The notes beneath the pieces were generated by a model. It ran no database searches. It saw only the letters and a list, made by a program, of their open reading frames with translations, and was not told the DNA's origin. From a virus, in the IMG/VR virus record IMGVR_UViG_3300049847_000321, positions 4,754 to 68,753 of that record: a stretch of DNA of 64,000 nucleotides; one strand, 5' to 3'. Numbering within the stretch: the stretch's first letter is position 1; each line of letters starts with the position of its first letter. The position numbers and the translations under genes are program-made. Positions 8,736-18,498 of the stretch are shown here, piece by piece.

Positions 8736-9568
8736 AGCAATTGAATGAGTTGTCAAGTCAACATGACAACGTTCCGATACTTTGCAGCGGCGATATATTC
8801 AATCAATGGAACAGTAGTCCTGCGCTTATCAATTTCTTGATTAAACGAATGCCACGGAATATGTACGCCATACCGGGCAATCACGATTTACCTTTGCACA
8901 ATTATGACGATATTAAAAAGTCAGCATATTGGACACTTGTTGAAGCGGAGGCAATCACTGATCTACAACCAATGCCTGAATGCAGTAGTCATATGTTCGA
9001 GGATATGATTGTGTGCCCGTATCCGTACAGTTATCCGTGCCCATATAATCCAGCAAAAGAAAAAGGGAATAAAATTTGTGTGGCGTTGATTCACGACTAC
9101 ATTTGGATCGACAAGTGCGGTTTCCCAAATGCAAACCCTTCTCGACGGATTTCTGAAAACAGCGAATGGGCAAAAAATCTTAAAGGTTTTGATGTTGCCA
9201 TATTTGGTGATAATCATATCGGATTCAAAACAACGTGTAACAAAGGTAAGACAATAATCTTGAATGGCGGTGCATTCATGCGCCGCAACATCGACCAGAT
9301 CAAATACAAACCTTTTGTTGGCTTGATCTACAGTGACGGTTCTGTTGAACAGCATTACCTTGACGTGTTTGAGGATAAGTTCATTGAAACAAAACTTGAA
9401 TGGAACGGCAATGAAATTGACATGAGTGATTTCTTGGAAACGCTTAAGAACGGAAGTAAAGCTGTCATTGATTTCACAGAAGCGGTTGAAAACTATCTGT
9501 CAAATCCGAAGTCACCGCTTTCAAAACAAGTGCGAAAGATTGTACGAGAGGCATTGGAGCAAACATGA
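8615..9568 (+). CDS. Mre11/SbcD/gp47-like metallophosphoesterase nuclease
   Basis: CGDLHF, CSGDIFN, IPGNHD, LIH, FGDNHIG. Start ATG 8615 chosen for its AAAGGGG SD. Confidence 0.9.
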   Translation: MSDVRKRVIAISCGDLHFSEKAPVARAEKEDWLEVQARYLKQLNELSSQHDNVPILCSGDIFNQWNSSPALINFLIKRMPRNMYAIPGNHDLPLHNYDDIKKSAYWTLVEAEAITDLQPMPECSSHMFEDMIVCPYPYSYPCPYNPAKEKGNKICVALIHDYIWIDKCGFPNANPSRRISENSEWAKNLKGFDVAIFGDNHIGFKTTCNKGKTIILNGGAFMRRNIDQIKYKPFVGLIYSDGSVEQHYLDVFEDKFIETKLEWNGNEIDMSDFLETLKNGSKAVIDFTEAVENYLSNPKSPLSKQVRKIVREALEQT

Positions 9569-9819
9569 TAATAATGGATGACTACGAAACAGTCAAGAGA
9601 AAGGTCGAAGAACTTCAAACCAGAATTGATAGGGCTTCCGGTGCTGTCAGTCAACTCAAATCGCAGCTCAAAAAAGAATTTGGGGTCAGCACTTTGAAGG
9701 AAGCGAAAGCACTCTACAAAAAGATGCTCGCGGAAGAACATGAAGCCTTGACCAAATGGAATAAGACTTTGGCTAAATTCAAAGAGGATTGGAAAGATGT
9801 TATCGAAGGCGATCAGTAA
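9565..9819 (+). CDS. Short coiled-coil protein (possible Rad50 arm segment)
   Basis: 84 aa with continuous heptad character, between Mre11 and the Rad50 C-half. Confidence 0.7.
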   Translation: MIIMDDYETVKRKVEELQTRIDRASGAVSQLKSQLKKEFGVSTLKEAKALYKKMLAEEHEALTKWNKTLAKFKEDWKDVIEGDQ

Positions 9820-10399
9820 AGAACTGACTGGTTATAAACGTATCGCGGAAAAAACCCGCTTAAATCGTTTGTCCCTGATTCAGAGACTAAAAGCCGATAA
9901 GTCTGCCCTAAAAGACGGGACAGCGTTTTTAGATAGGGTTATTGAGGCGCAATCTGTATTGCAGACTATCGCGCAGACTGTGCAACAGAAAGCGCATGAA
10001 CAAATAGCAACCATCGTTACGCGATGCCTGCAAGTGGTCTTTCCAGATGACCCATATGAATTCAAGATTCTGTTTGAAAAGAAAAGGTCGAAAACTGAGG
10101 CGCGGCTTGTGTTCTGCCGCAATGGTGAAGAGTTTGATCCGATTGAAGAAACGGGCGGTGGGTGTGTAGACGTGGCTTCGTTTGCTCTCCGCCTTGCCTG
10201 CATGTTGTTGCAGACACCTCAATCACGTAGATTGATGGTACTTGACGAACCGGTAAAGCACCTTGATGAAAATGCTATTGAAAGGTTCAGAGATTTGATT
10301 GAGACGCTGGCGAAAGAAATGAAGGTGCAGTTTATCATAATAACCCACTTTGAGCAACTGCAAGCCGGTAAAGTTGTTCGACTCACTAAAAGGAGTTAG
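9797..10399 (+). CDS. Rad50/SbcC-like ATPase, C-terminal half
   Basis: Coiled coil, signature-like ETGGGCVDVASFALR, Walker B/D-loop MVLDEPVKHLD, H-loop IITH. Confidence 0.88.
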   Translation: MLSKAISKELTGYKRIAEKTRLNRLSLIQRLKADKSALKDGTAFLDRVIEAQSVLQTIAQTVQQKAHEQIATIVTRCLQVVFPDDPYEFKILFEKKRSKTEARLVFCRNGEEFDPIEETGGGCVDVASFALRLACMLLQTPQSRRLMVLDEPVKHLDENAIERFRDLIETLAKEMKVQFIIITHFEQLQAGKVVRLTKRS

Positions 10400-10401
10400 A
10401 A

Positions 10402-10581
10402 ATGGAAAACGAGAATCAAAAACCTTATTGGGAATGTCCTGAGAAATGGGTTCATGCTTGTTCTGCGTCGCCGTCGATTGATGAAATCAAGGTAGAAAAA
10501 ATCGAGTTGATTTTACCGGAAGGATCTGAGATAATAGAAACTTGGATTGACAATAACGAATGTAAAACTGAGGAAAATTAA
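10402..10581 (+). CDS. Small acidic hypothetical protein (59 aa, not in ORF track)
   Basis: AAGGAG SD; stop overlaps the convergent GT2 stop (TTAA). Confidence 0.5.
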   Translation: MENENQKPYWECPEKWVHACSASPSIDEIKVEKIELILPEGSEIIETWIDNNECKTEEN

Positions 10582-11177
10582 AAGTGGCAACCTACTGGCA
10601 TTCTGGTTCTATCCCAAATCACTTCACCTTGTTTGTGCAAAATTGCACGACTCAGCACCGCCCAATCACTAGACATATCTAATTCATCACCTTTTCCAAA
10701 CGCATCTATACTTCTTGCAAGACTTACCGGCAAAGAGAAATTGATTAAATCAACACAACCGTAAGCTAAATCAGAAGGAAGAATTCCGGCATAGCCGGCC
10801 GGAGACCAATGATGCGTATTTACTATTGAAATACAATTTGGTTTTATTTGTGAATTATGAGTCGAAAGCCAATTTGGGAACATCACGTTATCGGCAGACA
10901 ACCAAGTAATATAATCACCTTTTGCTTGTGTCAATGCCAATGCACGTTCTCTATTTCCACCAGTAGAATTGTCTTGACAATGAATAAACGGAATCGCTTG
11001 AACCCATTTTCCTTTTGAAAAACAATCTGAGACAGCCCTATCATATAGTACCTTACTTGCTTTGATTGTTACAATGACCTCATAATCTTCATGCTCTTGG
11101 TATTTCAGACAACCAAGAGATCGAGGAAGAAAATTCAAGTCGTTTGTATATGAACTCAGCACCACAGTGAACTTCAT
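10578..11177 (-). CDS. GT-A / family 2 glycosyltransferase-like
   Basis: FTVVLSSY...YQEHEDYEVIV...GNRER...AKGDYITWLSADN (DxD-like). Confidence 0.8.
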   Translation of the reverse strand: MKFTVVLSSYTNDLNFLPRSLGCLKYQEHEDYEVIVTIKASKVLYDRAVSDCFSKGKWVQAIPFIHCQDNSTGGNRERALALTQAKGDYITWLSADNVMFPNWLSTHNSQIKPNCISIVNTHHWSPAGYAGILPSDLAYGCVDLINFSLPVSLARSIDAFGKGDELDMSSDWAVLSRAILHKQGEVIWDRTRMPVGCHF

Positions 11178-11887
11178 AATGCAAATCTCCTCTTAGGACA
11201 TGGCCATTGGTAAAAGCATTGTACGGCATTCTGCCATTCCATTGAATCGCCGACACATCCTACAACTTGAGAAAGTTTCATTTCACCGAAGTCATAGAAT
11301 ATGCAACCACTTTCTTCGTAAGTAAAGGTATCCGCAGGCCAGGCTTCAACTCCACCATATTCATCCCGAGACAAGTACCTATAGTCTCGTTGAAACAAGT
11401 CTTTGTTTCTTAACCAAAAGAAAGTGCCCGCATAAAACCAACTGCACAAACTTTCTGTTTTAACACGGAACGATCCGACAATTGGATGATCCGTCAACAT
11501 CTTTTCAACGTCAGGCCAATGATCGACACCTGCCCGCCACATCAACTCACCCCAAATATGCTGACCTGAAGTTACTCCTTTTGAATGGGCATAAAATGTA
11601 AAGTGTTCATCAGATTGGTAGCTGGCGACAGAATCTAATAGATCAACAAACGCAGAAACTTCTCCGGAGTTGTCTACCTGCGGCACAAGCAAGAAATCAT
11701 ACCCTTCCCCTAGTTCTTTGATTATCAATTCAGGATCAATGAGTTGATGCTTCTTTGAATTGGTAGCAATGGCAATGACTTTCAGCCCATTGAACAACGG
11801 TGCGGCTTTTTTGATTCGTTGCACCCAAACAGGCCAATTAGTGCCGTTAGCGGGGTAGATGTAAAACAAAAGATGGAGACACTTCAC
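11174..11887 (-). CDS. Putative glycosyltransferase-like protein (HSKG motif), paralog A
   Basis: FTFYAHSKGVT, FYAGTFFWLR, EAWP; aligns by eye with the C-terminal part of 11847..13004. Confidence 0.55.
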   Translation of the reverse strand: MKCLHLLFYIYPANGTNWPVWVQRIKKAAPLFNGLKVIAIATNSKKHQLIDPELIIKELGEGYDFLLVPQVDNSGEVSAFVDLLDSVASYQSDEHFTFYAHSKGVTSGQHIWGELMWRAGVDHWPDVEKMLTDHPIVGSFRVKTESLCSWFYAGTFFWLRNKDLFQRDYRYLSRDEYGGVEAWPADTFTYEESGCIFYDFGEMKLSQVVGCVGDSMEWQNAVQCFYQWPCPKRRFAL

Positions 11888-13004
11888 TGTGATTACCCCA
11901 GACAGTTCTTCGGATCATATCTTCAGCGCGGGCGACTTCGGCAACGTTGTACAACGTGTAACCAATTCCACCGTAGAAATGGCAACCAGATTCATGGGCA
12001 CTCCACATAGTCGCCGGCCACAATTCTGTTCCGCCATATATCTGTCGCACCGTAGACCAATTAGGTTTGGCAAATACATCGGCGTTTCTGCACCAGTAGA
12101 ATGTTCCGTGATAATGCCAATTGCCACGACCGCCAAAACAAGCACCGTATTTCTTGAATGCCCCTGTAATAGGGTGTCGAGTCAAATAATCTCTGACAAC
12201 ATTCCAACGATCTAAGTTGGCCGCATACATAAGATCGCCCCAACGATGAACCGATATGCCAGAATTAACAGGTTTGGTAACGCCTTTAGTATGACCATAG
12301 AAAGTAAAGTCATTTGGTGTGCAGAAGTTTTTAACCCGATTCCACAAAGCTGTGAACGCTGTCACTTCACCCAATTTCTTTTGATGCGGTACCCATAAGA
12401 AGTCAGCATTGTTTTTACCAAAGTATGCTTCAACTTGTTGCGGAGCATCAAGAGGGTGTCTTGCAGAACCAGTGCTGATAGCAATAACCCTTCTGCCATT
12501 AAACAGATTGATCCTGCGTTTAAGCTGATCGAGGTTTCTCTGCCATAGTCCATTTCCACTTACCGGATAGACATAGTAAAGCAAATGACGCCTATCAGCA
12601 TCTTCGTCCTCAATGAAACGATAAGATGGACAGGTTTCACAACAACTGATCCCCGGTCGAGGTGATCTTGTTGTACATACCTCATGAATCTCACAGAACC
12701 GCAATTTTTCGTGGCATCCACAAGTTTGATTCTGTGTAACGACTTGCCCCAAATAAGCACACGGCGCAACGGACGACAACGTTATAGGCAGAGATATACG
12801 GCGTCCTTCTGAGACTGCCGTTGGCAAAGCCATCGTTCGTGTTCCGCGAGAACAGATGATTACAGGTTCAGGAATTCGATCCTTTTTGTTCTCACCTGTC
12901 TTTCTGTGTTTCCAACATACATAGCATTGGTCATCTGAATATATATCCCCCCACCAACCTATATGGCAGTTGACATGTCTGGGAATAGATATACGTGCTG
13001 ACAT
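11847..13004 (-). CDS. Cys-rich N-terminus plus putative glycosyltransferase-like domain (HTKG motif), paralog B
   Basis: FTFYGHTKGVT, HYHGTFYWCR, ELWP; N-terminal 130 aa are Cys-rich. Confidence 0.55.
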   Translation of the reverse strand: MSARISIPRHVNCHIGWWGDIYSDDQCYVCWKHRKTGENKKDRIPEPVIICSRGTRTMALPTAVSEGRRISLPITLSSVAPCAYLGQVVTQNQTCGCHEKLRFCEIHEVCTTRSPRPGISCCETCPSYRFIEDEDADRRHLLYYVYPVSGNGLWQRNLDQLKRRINLFNGRRVIAISTGSARHPLDAPQQVEAYFGKNNADFLWVPHQKKLGEVTAFTALWNRVKNFCTPNDFTFYGHTKGVTKPVNSGISVHRWGDLMYAANLDRWNVVRDYLTRHPITGAFKKYGACFGGRGNWHYHGTFYWCRNADVFAKPNWSTVRQIYGGTELWPATMWSAHESGCHFYGGIGYTLYNVAEVARAEDMIRRTVWGNHSEVSPSFVLHLPR

Positions 13005-14524
13005 TACGGTTCCCCAATAAACTCAATCGTGCCGACGTATGATCCTCCGAAAGAACAAATCACTTTTTTGTACAAATCACTAAAGTCTGGATCAGGGTTG
13101 TCAACGTCCAGCATGGGACACGGTCCAAGAAATCCAGGCGCATTCGGACCCAACGTAAAGAAGTTGTTGCACACATAGCCAGAGGGAGCTCCCTGCACGC
13201 TCCAGTTATTCCACGTCTCAAAAATTTCAATAGTCGGACATGGGTCACCGGGGAAAAGTAAATCAGGGGACACGTCAGTCGTTTTGTAGAAATGGGAAAA
13301 TGTTGCACTCCATCCACCTTCTACGATAGAGCGAAAGGAGACACCGGCGATTACTAACTTCTTTGTGTATGAATCACCCTCATTCGTTTCTACACACTTC
13401 AATTTTAGACATATTTGGATGAACGACCTCGGCGTGAATATGTCAACCGGATAATACCCAATCCGAGAGTCAGGACCGACAGCAACACCTGGAGTATCGT
13501 GTAGTGTGATCCAATCATTGTCCGGATACAGATAAATACCGGCATAGCACGCTGCGTTGCCTAGGCTACACGGTGACGGATCAGTGTTAGGGTCGAGTGG
13601 CCAGTTTCTATGTGACCAAGCATCGACGACGGCTGCATAGAATCTTTGAAAGACTATGTTCTGTGCGAACAAGGGCCATCCTTCTTGGGCTTCAGGTATC
13701 CCTGATGGCAGGGGCACTGACATCCATTCAATGTTGCACGGCACGTTCACTTCACACTTAGCTGGCGCAGCCCATCCAGTCCATTGGCAGGATGGAATAG
13801 GAGGGAGACATGGGGAACAAATGTATGGATTTTCAAGATCGCCCGGATCATTCGCTAGAATGGGTATAACATCACAAGCGTCTGGAGTGGGGCGACATAC
13901 ACAGTCGGCTTGAATCAAAGTCTCAGGTGTGTAATCCGATGCGAAATACGGGGTGCAACTAAACTGACCGGGGTGTGCGCCTTTTGTAAATCCGGATCGC
14001 GTTATGTCCACATCCAACTCAGGGGCATCACAATCAGATCGGTTAGTATGTCTACTACATGTAGCCGAAATACGACCGGCGATTCCAATAGGGACTGAAT
14101 TGGATAACATGTACCAAGCATATCGAACCCCAGGTTCGATTGGAAACTCCCCCTCCCATGTCTTATGTAGTCGATACGTGCCATTATCAAATCCATTGTA
14201 GCACAGAGTTGTAATATCGCCGATACGACTTTCTTCTCCGTAAAGAGAAGGAGTGCATTGTACTGTTGCAGGAATTTCCGGTTGAAAGAATCTACTGATT
14301 GGTTCCGCTACAGATGTATAGCAGATGTTGACAAACTTCTCAAAATCCCGAATGACAGCCATAATCCTTTTTGGAAAATCCGGACAATCTGAATAATCTT
14401 CTACACAACATTCAGCAGGTTCATTTTCACACCATGTATCTTCAATCTCTCCGTCAAATATCTTAATGGTTTGTTTGTAATTCTTAACTACCTTTTCTTT
14501 TTCTGTTATATACATGGTGCACAC
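13004..14524 (-). CDS. Cys/Pro-rich hypothetical protein, probably virion-associated
   Basis: 506-aa ORF co-oriented in the tail gene block. Confidence 0.6.
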   Translation of the reverse strand: MCTMYITEKEKVVKNYKQTIKIFDGEIEDTWCENEPAECCVEDYSDCPDFPKRIMAVIRDFEKFVNICYTSVAEPISRFFQPEIPATVQCTPSLYGEESRIGDITTLCYNGFDNGTYRLHKTWEGEFPIEPGVRYAWYMLSNSVPIGIAGRISATCSRHTNRSDCDAPELDVDITRSGFTKGAHPGQFSCTPYFASDYTPETLIQADCVCRPTPDACDVIPILANDPGDLENPYICSPCLPPIPSCQWTGWAAPAKCEVNVPCNIEWMSVPLPSGIPEAQEGWPLFAQNIVFQRFYAAVVDAWSHRNWPLDPNTDPSPCSLGNAACYAGIYLYPDNDWITLHDTPGVAVGPDSRIGYYPVDIFTPRSFIQICLKLKCVETNEGDSYTKKLVIAGVSFRSIVEGGWSATFSHFYKTTDVSPDLLFPGDPCPTIEIFETWNNWSVQGAPSGYVCNNFFTLGPNAPGFLGPCPMLDVDNPDPDFSDLYKKVICSFGGSYVGTIEFIGEP

Positions 14525-15198
14525 ACCTCGTCAAGTTCCATATCAATACATTCTTCGGATATGATGTAACTTCCTTGTGGTAGCTTTAATCTGATCTTCT
14601 GAACTTGATAGAAATCAGGAGGAAGTTTTCCTGGAGTGCCACTACAATGGGCGTCTGTTTCTCTTGCACCGGTTCTTCGCCATAGCTCTAATGTGTGCCG
14701 CCATTCTAAAAAGCACGGGTTTGAAGGATCATTGAGTTCATCTGGATCAGGACATTCATTAGCAAACGTATTGGCGCAGTCACATTGTTTTTGGGTTGCT
14801 AATCCTAAAACAACCAATTTACACAGTGTAGTGGCTCTTTTTTGCAGCCACCATAGAGGAGGTTTTTTTGGATTAAATAAACACTCTTTTCCGTATCCGT
14901 TGCAGTAACTAGAATCCATTCCATTATTATCTGCTGAATCTTCATTATTAAAACCAAAACAATTATCATAGGGAGGATGCCCCGGATCATATTCGCAGCA
15001 TTTTTCAACTGTACAAAACTGGTCTATTAGTTGAGCGCGTGATATAAAGACTCGGACTTTTTTGAATCTGATTTTTTGAGATGGAATAGAAGGCGGAGGA
15101 GAAGGCGGTGGCCCCCCTGGAGCAGATAGTCTAACATCATCTGGTCCATCATCGGGTGATCTTCCGCCTAATGAATGTAATACAATATCAACGGACAT
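14506..15198 (-). CDS. Cys-rich hypothetical protein, probably virion-associated
   Basis: 230-aa ORF with a poly-Pro linker and many Cys. Confidence 0.6.
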   Translation of the reverse strand: MSVDIVLHSLGGRSPDDGPDDVRLSAPGGPPPSPPPSIPSQKIRFKKVRVFISRAQLIDQFCTVEKCCEYDPGHPPYDNCFGFNNEDSADNNGMDSSYCNGYGKECLFNPKKPPLWWLQKRATTLCKLVVLGLATQKQCDCANTFANECPDPDELNDPSNPCFLEWRHTLELWRRTGARETDAHCSGTPGKLPPDFYQVQKIRLKLPQGSYIISEECIDMELDEVCAPCI

Positions 15199-15199
15199 G

Positions 15200-16084
15200 C
15201 TAGTCAGCCTCTAATGTGTTGACTGTTGTCCCTGCTACATCCGGTGATCCTGTTTTGTACGATACTAGATAATAAGGGCCGTCTGCCGAAGGATAGATCA
15301 CCCAATTACCTGAACCATCTGATGTTGTCGATCCGGTCAATGTATCATCGGCAGTCACAAATGCCTTAACTGAACAAGTTCCTAAAGGAGTACCCACTTC
15401 ATTGCGAGTGACGCCATGAAGTGACGTGCGGCCCACACCGTCAACGATTGATTCTCCCGAAGCCGAAAACACACTGACGAAATATGCCACGCCAACGCCA
15501 CTAGCAACGGACGAGCCAGAGGACGAGGCTGTTGCTGGCTGGGTGTATGAAGCAAGTCCGGCGACAGTTGTTAAGCCTGCCGACGAAAATACCGACATGA
15601 AGATTGATTGACTGATTCCGTTGACGGTCGATGCACCGCTAGAACTGCACACACCTACAATAACTGTTGAAGATGTTCCATTAACTGTACTTATACCAGT
15701 AGATGAATACTGTCCAACAAGTACAGAAGTGCCCACTCCAGAAGCAGTTGATAATCCGGATGATGCAACTATAGTATTGAAAATAGCGGTAGCGATTCCA
15801 CCAGGAGTTGATGAACCTGCAGATGCAAATACGCCATTGAAAATAGCGGTAGCGATTCCACTAGGAGTTGATAAACCTGCAGATGCAAATACGCCATTGA
15901 AAATAGCGGTAGCGATTCCACTCGGAGTTGATGAACCTGCAGATGCGCCGTCAGCCGCAACAATTGTTGCGGCTGTGACAATTAGGTAATGTGATTCAAA
16001 CCAACCGGTATTGATTTGCTTTGTAGAAAACCAACCTACGTTTACGAGAGTTCGGTCAAACCAGCCTCTCGGTTTATTCGCCAT
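15200..16084 (-). CDS. Tail-fibre-like protein with 20-aa S/G/T repeats
   Basis: Repeated SAGxSTPSGIATAIFNGVFA, with a C-terminal carboxypeptidase-regulatory-like beta motif (GSTTSDGSGNW). Confidence 0.65.
   Translation of the reverse strand: MANKPRGWFDRTLVNVGWFSTKQINTGWFESHYLIVTAATIVAADGASAGSSTPSGIATAIFNGVFASAGLSTPSGIATAIFNGVFASAGSSTPGGIATAIFNTIVASSGLSTASGVGTSVLVGQYSSTGISTVNGTSSTVIVGVCSSSGASTVNGISQSIFMSVFSSAGLTTVAGLASYTQPATASSSGSSVASGVGVAYFVSVFSASGESIVDGVGRTSLHGVTRNEVGTPLGTCSVKAFVTADDTLTGSTTSDGSGNWVIYPSADGPYYLVSYKTGSPDVAGTTVNTLEAD
15776..15946. repeat. 60-bp tandem repeat, about 2.8 copies, in frame
   Basis: ATTGAAAATAGCGGTAGCGATTCCA... recurs at exactly 60-bp spacing (15776, 15836, 15896). 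Confidence 0.95.
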
Positions 16085-16093
16085 GACGTGACC

Positions 16094-17452
16094 TTAGTAA
16101 GTGTATACGTAGATACCGCCACGGCCTCCGGCTCCGCCAGCACCGCCAAGACCAGGATTCATACCGCACCCTCCGCCTCCGCCTCCGCCGCCATTAGTGC
16201 CACCTGCACCGCCAATTGCGCCAGATGTTGAAGCCGTAACAGTTGTGCCTCCTCCTCCGCCGCCAGCACCTCCGCGACCGGAGTCGCCGTTTGTGCCAGC
16301 AGTTCCGGCAGTCGGCGAAGCACCGTCTGTTCCTACTGCACCTCCAGTTCCGGCCGTATACGTATTACTTGCGCCGCCGGCCGTGCCGGCAACAATTGCC
16401 GGAGTCGCATTGTGATGGCCTCCTGTGCCGCCTCCGCCCCCGCCAAGTAAAGAACCGCCGCCAACACAAGATGTGGGTGTAGATGTTGAACCACCTCCGC
16501 CACCACCGCCCAATTCAGCATTGTGTGTAGTGACAACAGTAATCGGTCCATCTGACCCAGTGCCTCCCCACGTTCCAGTGACACCTTTTGCACCATTTGT
16601 TCCTGGATTTCCACCTTGACCGACAGCCGTGCTACCTGTTGTTCCGGCTGAGCCTATCCCGCCTCCACCACCGCCACCGGAATTAGCTGCGGATATAGCA
16701 CCGCCCACTCCTCCTCCACCGCCAGAGGCTCGAAGTCGAACAGTCGTTCCAAACGTACTGTCACCTCCAACAGCTCCGTTACCTCCTGCTGCGCCTGCTA
16801 CGCCAGGAGTTCCTCCAGTGCCGCCGACACCAACATTCAAATTCTCAGTTGCTCCTAAATCAGAGGCTTGGAACACACGAGTATTAAATGCCCCACCGCC
16901 GCCTCCGGCACCGCCTTTGGCCACAACAGCCGTAGCAAGTGAAGCTCCTGCACCGCCGCCTCCTCCGCCTCCGTACATTACTACTACAACAGTTTTAGGA
17001 GTAAACGAAGTCGGCTTCGTCCAGGTGCCGGCACCTGTTGCTGTGAACGTCTGTACGTCAACTGGTCCGACAAAATTAGATTCTTTGCGAGTGCCCCCCG
17101 AAGTATAGGCTACCCAATCGCCAATTTCGTTCATAACAACGAACTCACCAGCAAGCAACGTCCCTTTCCAAAGTGATTCAACATTCGTTCCGTCAGTATG
17201 CAGCACTTCAACGGTAGTTGAATTACTGGCATGATCGTTGCGAATACTTAAATGAGAAACATTCCGTTGAGTAGATGCCCCAGGAGACGCAACAACGTCA
17301 GTCGTTGTTGCAGTTGTGATGGCCGCGGTGTTAGTTCGTCCTGGTGTGATTGTGCCAGAAGCGTTATCCACCCAGGACGCATGAACTTCAACCGATGCCG
17401 ACGAACCGGTGACTACTTGAATTTTGTCACTGGTAGAAGCAAGTAACAGCAT
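16094..17452 (-). CDS. Glycine-rich tail fibre / receptor-binding-like protein
   Basis: VQTFTATGAGTWTKP...VVVMYGGGGGGG...GAGGRGGIYVYTY, a typical phage Gly-rich domain. Start placed at MLLLAST. Confidence 0.75.
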   Translation of the reverse strand: MLLLASTSDKIQVVTGSSASVEVHASWVDNASGTITPGRTNTAAITTATTTDVVASPGASTQRNVSHLSIRNDHASNSTTVEVLHTDGTNVESLWKGTLLAGEFVVMNEIGDWVAYTSGGTRKESNFVGPVDVQTFTATGAGTWTKPTSFTPKTVVVVMYGGGGGGGAGASLATAVVAKGGAGGGGGAFNTRVFQASDLGATENLNVGVGGTGGTPGVAGAAGGNGAVGGDSTFGTTVRLRASGGGGGVGGAISAANSGGGGGGGIGSAGTTGSTAVGQGGNPGTNGAKGVTGTWGGTGSDGPITVVTTHNAELGGGGGGGSTSTPTSCVGGGSLLGGGGGGTGGHHNATPAIVAGTAGGASNTYTAGTGGAVGTDGASPTAGTAGTNGDSGRGGAGGGGGGTTVTASTSGAIGGAGGTNGGGGGGGGCGMNPGLGGAGGAGGRGGIYVYTY

Positions 17453-17456
17453 TTGC

Positions 17457-17882
17457 TTAATCCTCAGTAATAGTGCTTGTGGTCTTGAGCCGAGGTGCCA
17501 CACCTACAGCCATTGTAATGTTCGGAGTCACTGTACCGGAATAAAGCAGTTTGTTTGATACACCAGTACCGACACTAAAGTGCGTAATTGCCGCGCCCGG
17601 CGATGCCGTACACTCTCCAAAGTCGATATTAGCTACCGGTGAAACACTGCCAGACGATACCGTCCATCCTCCTGTAGTTCTAGCAACTGTAACACGGGCA
17701 TAGCCAGTGTAGGCAGTTTCATTGGTTGATTGTGTCCCAGCTTCACCAGGATCTGCGGTGTGTAAAGCCACAGTCAACGTAGTTGCTGGAGAACTAGCGG
17801 CGTTATCCGCTAAGTTCCCTATTGCTGTCCCATTGAAGATCAATTTGAGACAGTCATCCTCAAACGTGTTGCCCTTACTCAT
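17457..17882 (-). CDS. Conserved tail structural protein
   Basis: LTVALHTADPGEAGTQSTNETAYTGYARV motif, common in phage minor tail proteins; SD AAGGAG. Confidence 0.7.
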   Translation of the reverse strand: MSKGNTFEDDCLKLIFNGTAIGNLADNAASSPATTLTVALHTADPGEAGTQSTNETAYTGYARVTVARTTGGWTVSSGSVSPVANIDFGECTASPGAAITHFSVGTGVSNKLLYSGTVTPNITMAVGVAPRLKTTSTITED

Positions 17883-17904
17883 TTCCATTCTCCTTTTAGT
17901 AGTG

Positions 17905-18492
17905 CTACCCCGAATATGCGTTGTCACCTGCACTCAATAAAGAGGAACAAGTAACCAAATCAACTATCAGCCCGTCGCCGCTCTGACCGCTACTGGCGGC
18001 AAATCTGTATTCATGCACCCACTTTTTAGAAGGAACATCATACCATGTAATTCGTTTTGAGATTCTCTGTATTGATCCGTCAGGCACAATAGCATTATTG
18101 TCCTCATATAGAGGAGTGTAGAGGCCGTCTCCGCTAACATCAAATGGCGGCGGCACTTCTTCCCACAATCCACATTCAATCGGACGAACTTTCTTCCACG
18201 AGTAAACAACTCGATCATTACTCGAATCAGAATCAGTGGCGATTCCTAATCCAGCGGCAGAATCACCGTATTGATCCGCCACACATGGAAGATTCTCAAG
18301 AAACACCTTAACAAAGAATTGTTCTTCGATTTCTGGAAATCGAATTGTCGTCCTACCGCCATTTCTTTCTACGTCTCCTCCTTGAACATCTATCCAACCT
18401 AATGCTTCCTCAGCCACCATGTCAAGTGCGCTGAATGACAATACAGGAGACTTCTCAGCGAAGTTCGGAAGTTTTTTCTTAGGTGAATCCAT
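17905..18492 (-). CDS. Hypothetical tail protein
   Basis: Position in the tail block. Confidence 0.55.
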   Translation of the reverse strand: MDSPKKKLPNFAEKSPVLSFSALDMVAEEALGWIDVQGGDVERNGGRTTIRFPEIEEQFFVKVFLENLPCVADQYGDSAAGLGIATDSDSSNDRVVYSWKKVRPIECGLWEEVPPPFDVSGDGLYTPLYEDNNAIVPDGSIQRISKRITWYDVPSKKWVHEYRFAASSGQSGDGLIVDLVTCSSLLSAGDNAYSG

Positions 18493-18498
18493 ATATCA

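Noticed and set aside
16197-17108. Pro-rich plus-strand ORFs (also at 36816-36998)
   Set aside because: These are antisense shadows of Gly-rich (GGN) fibre genes.
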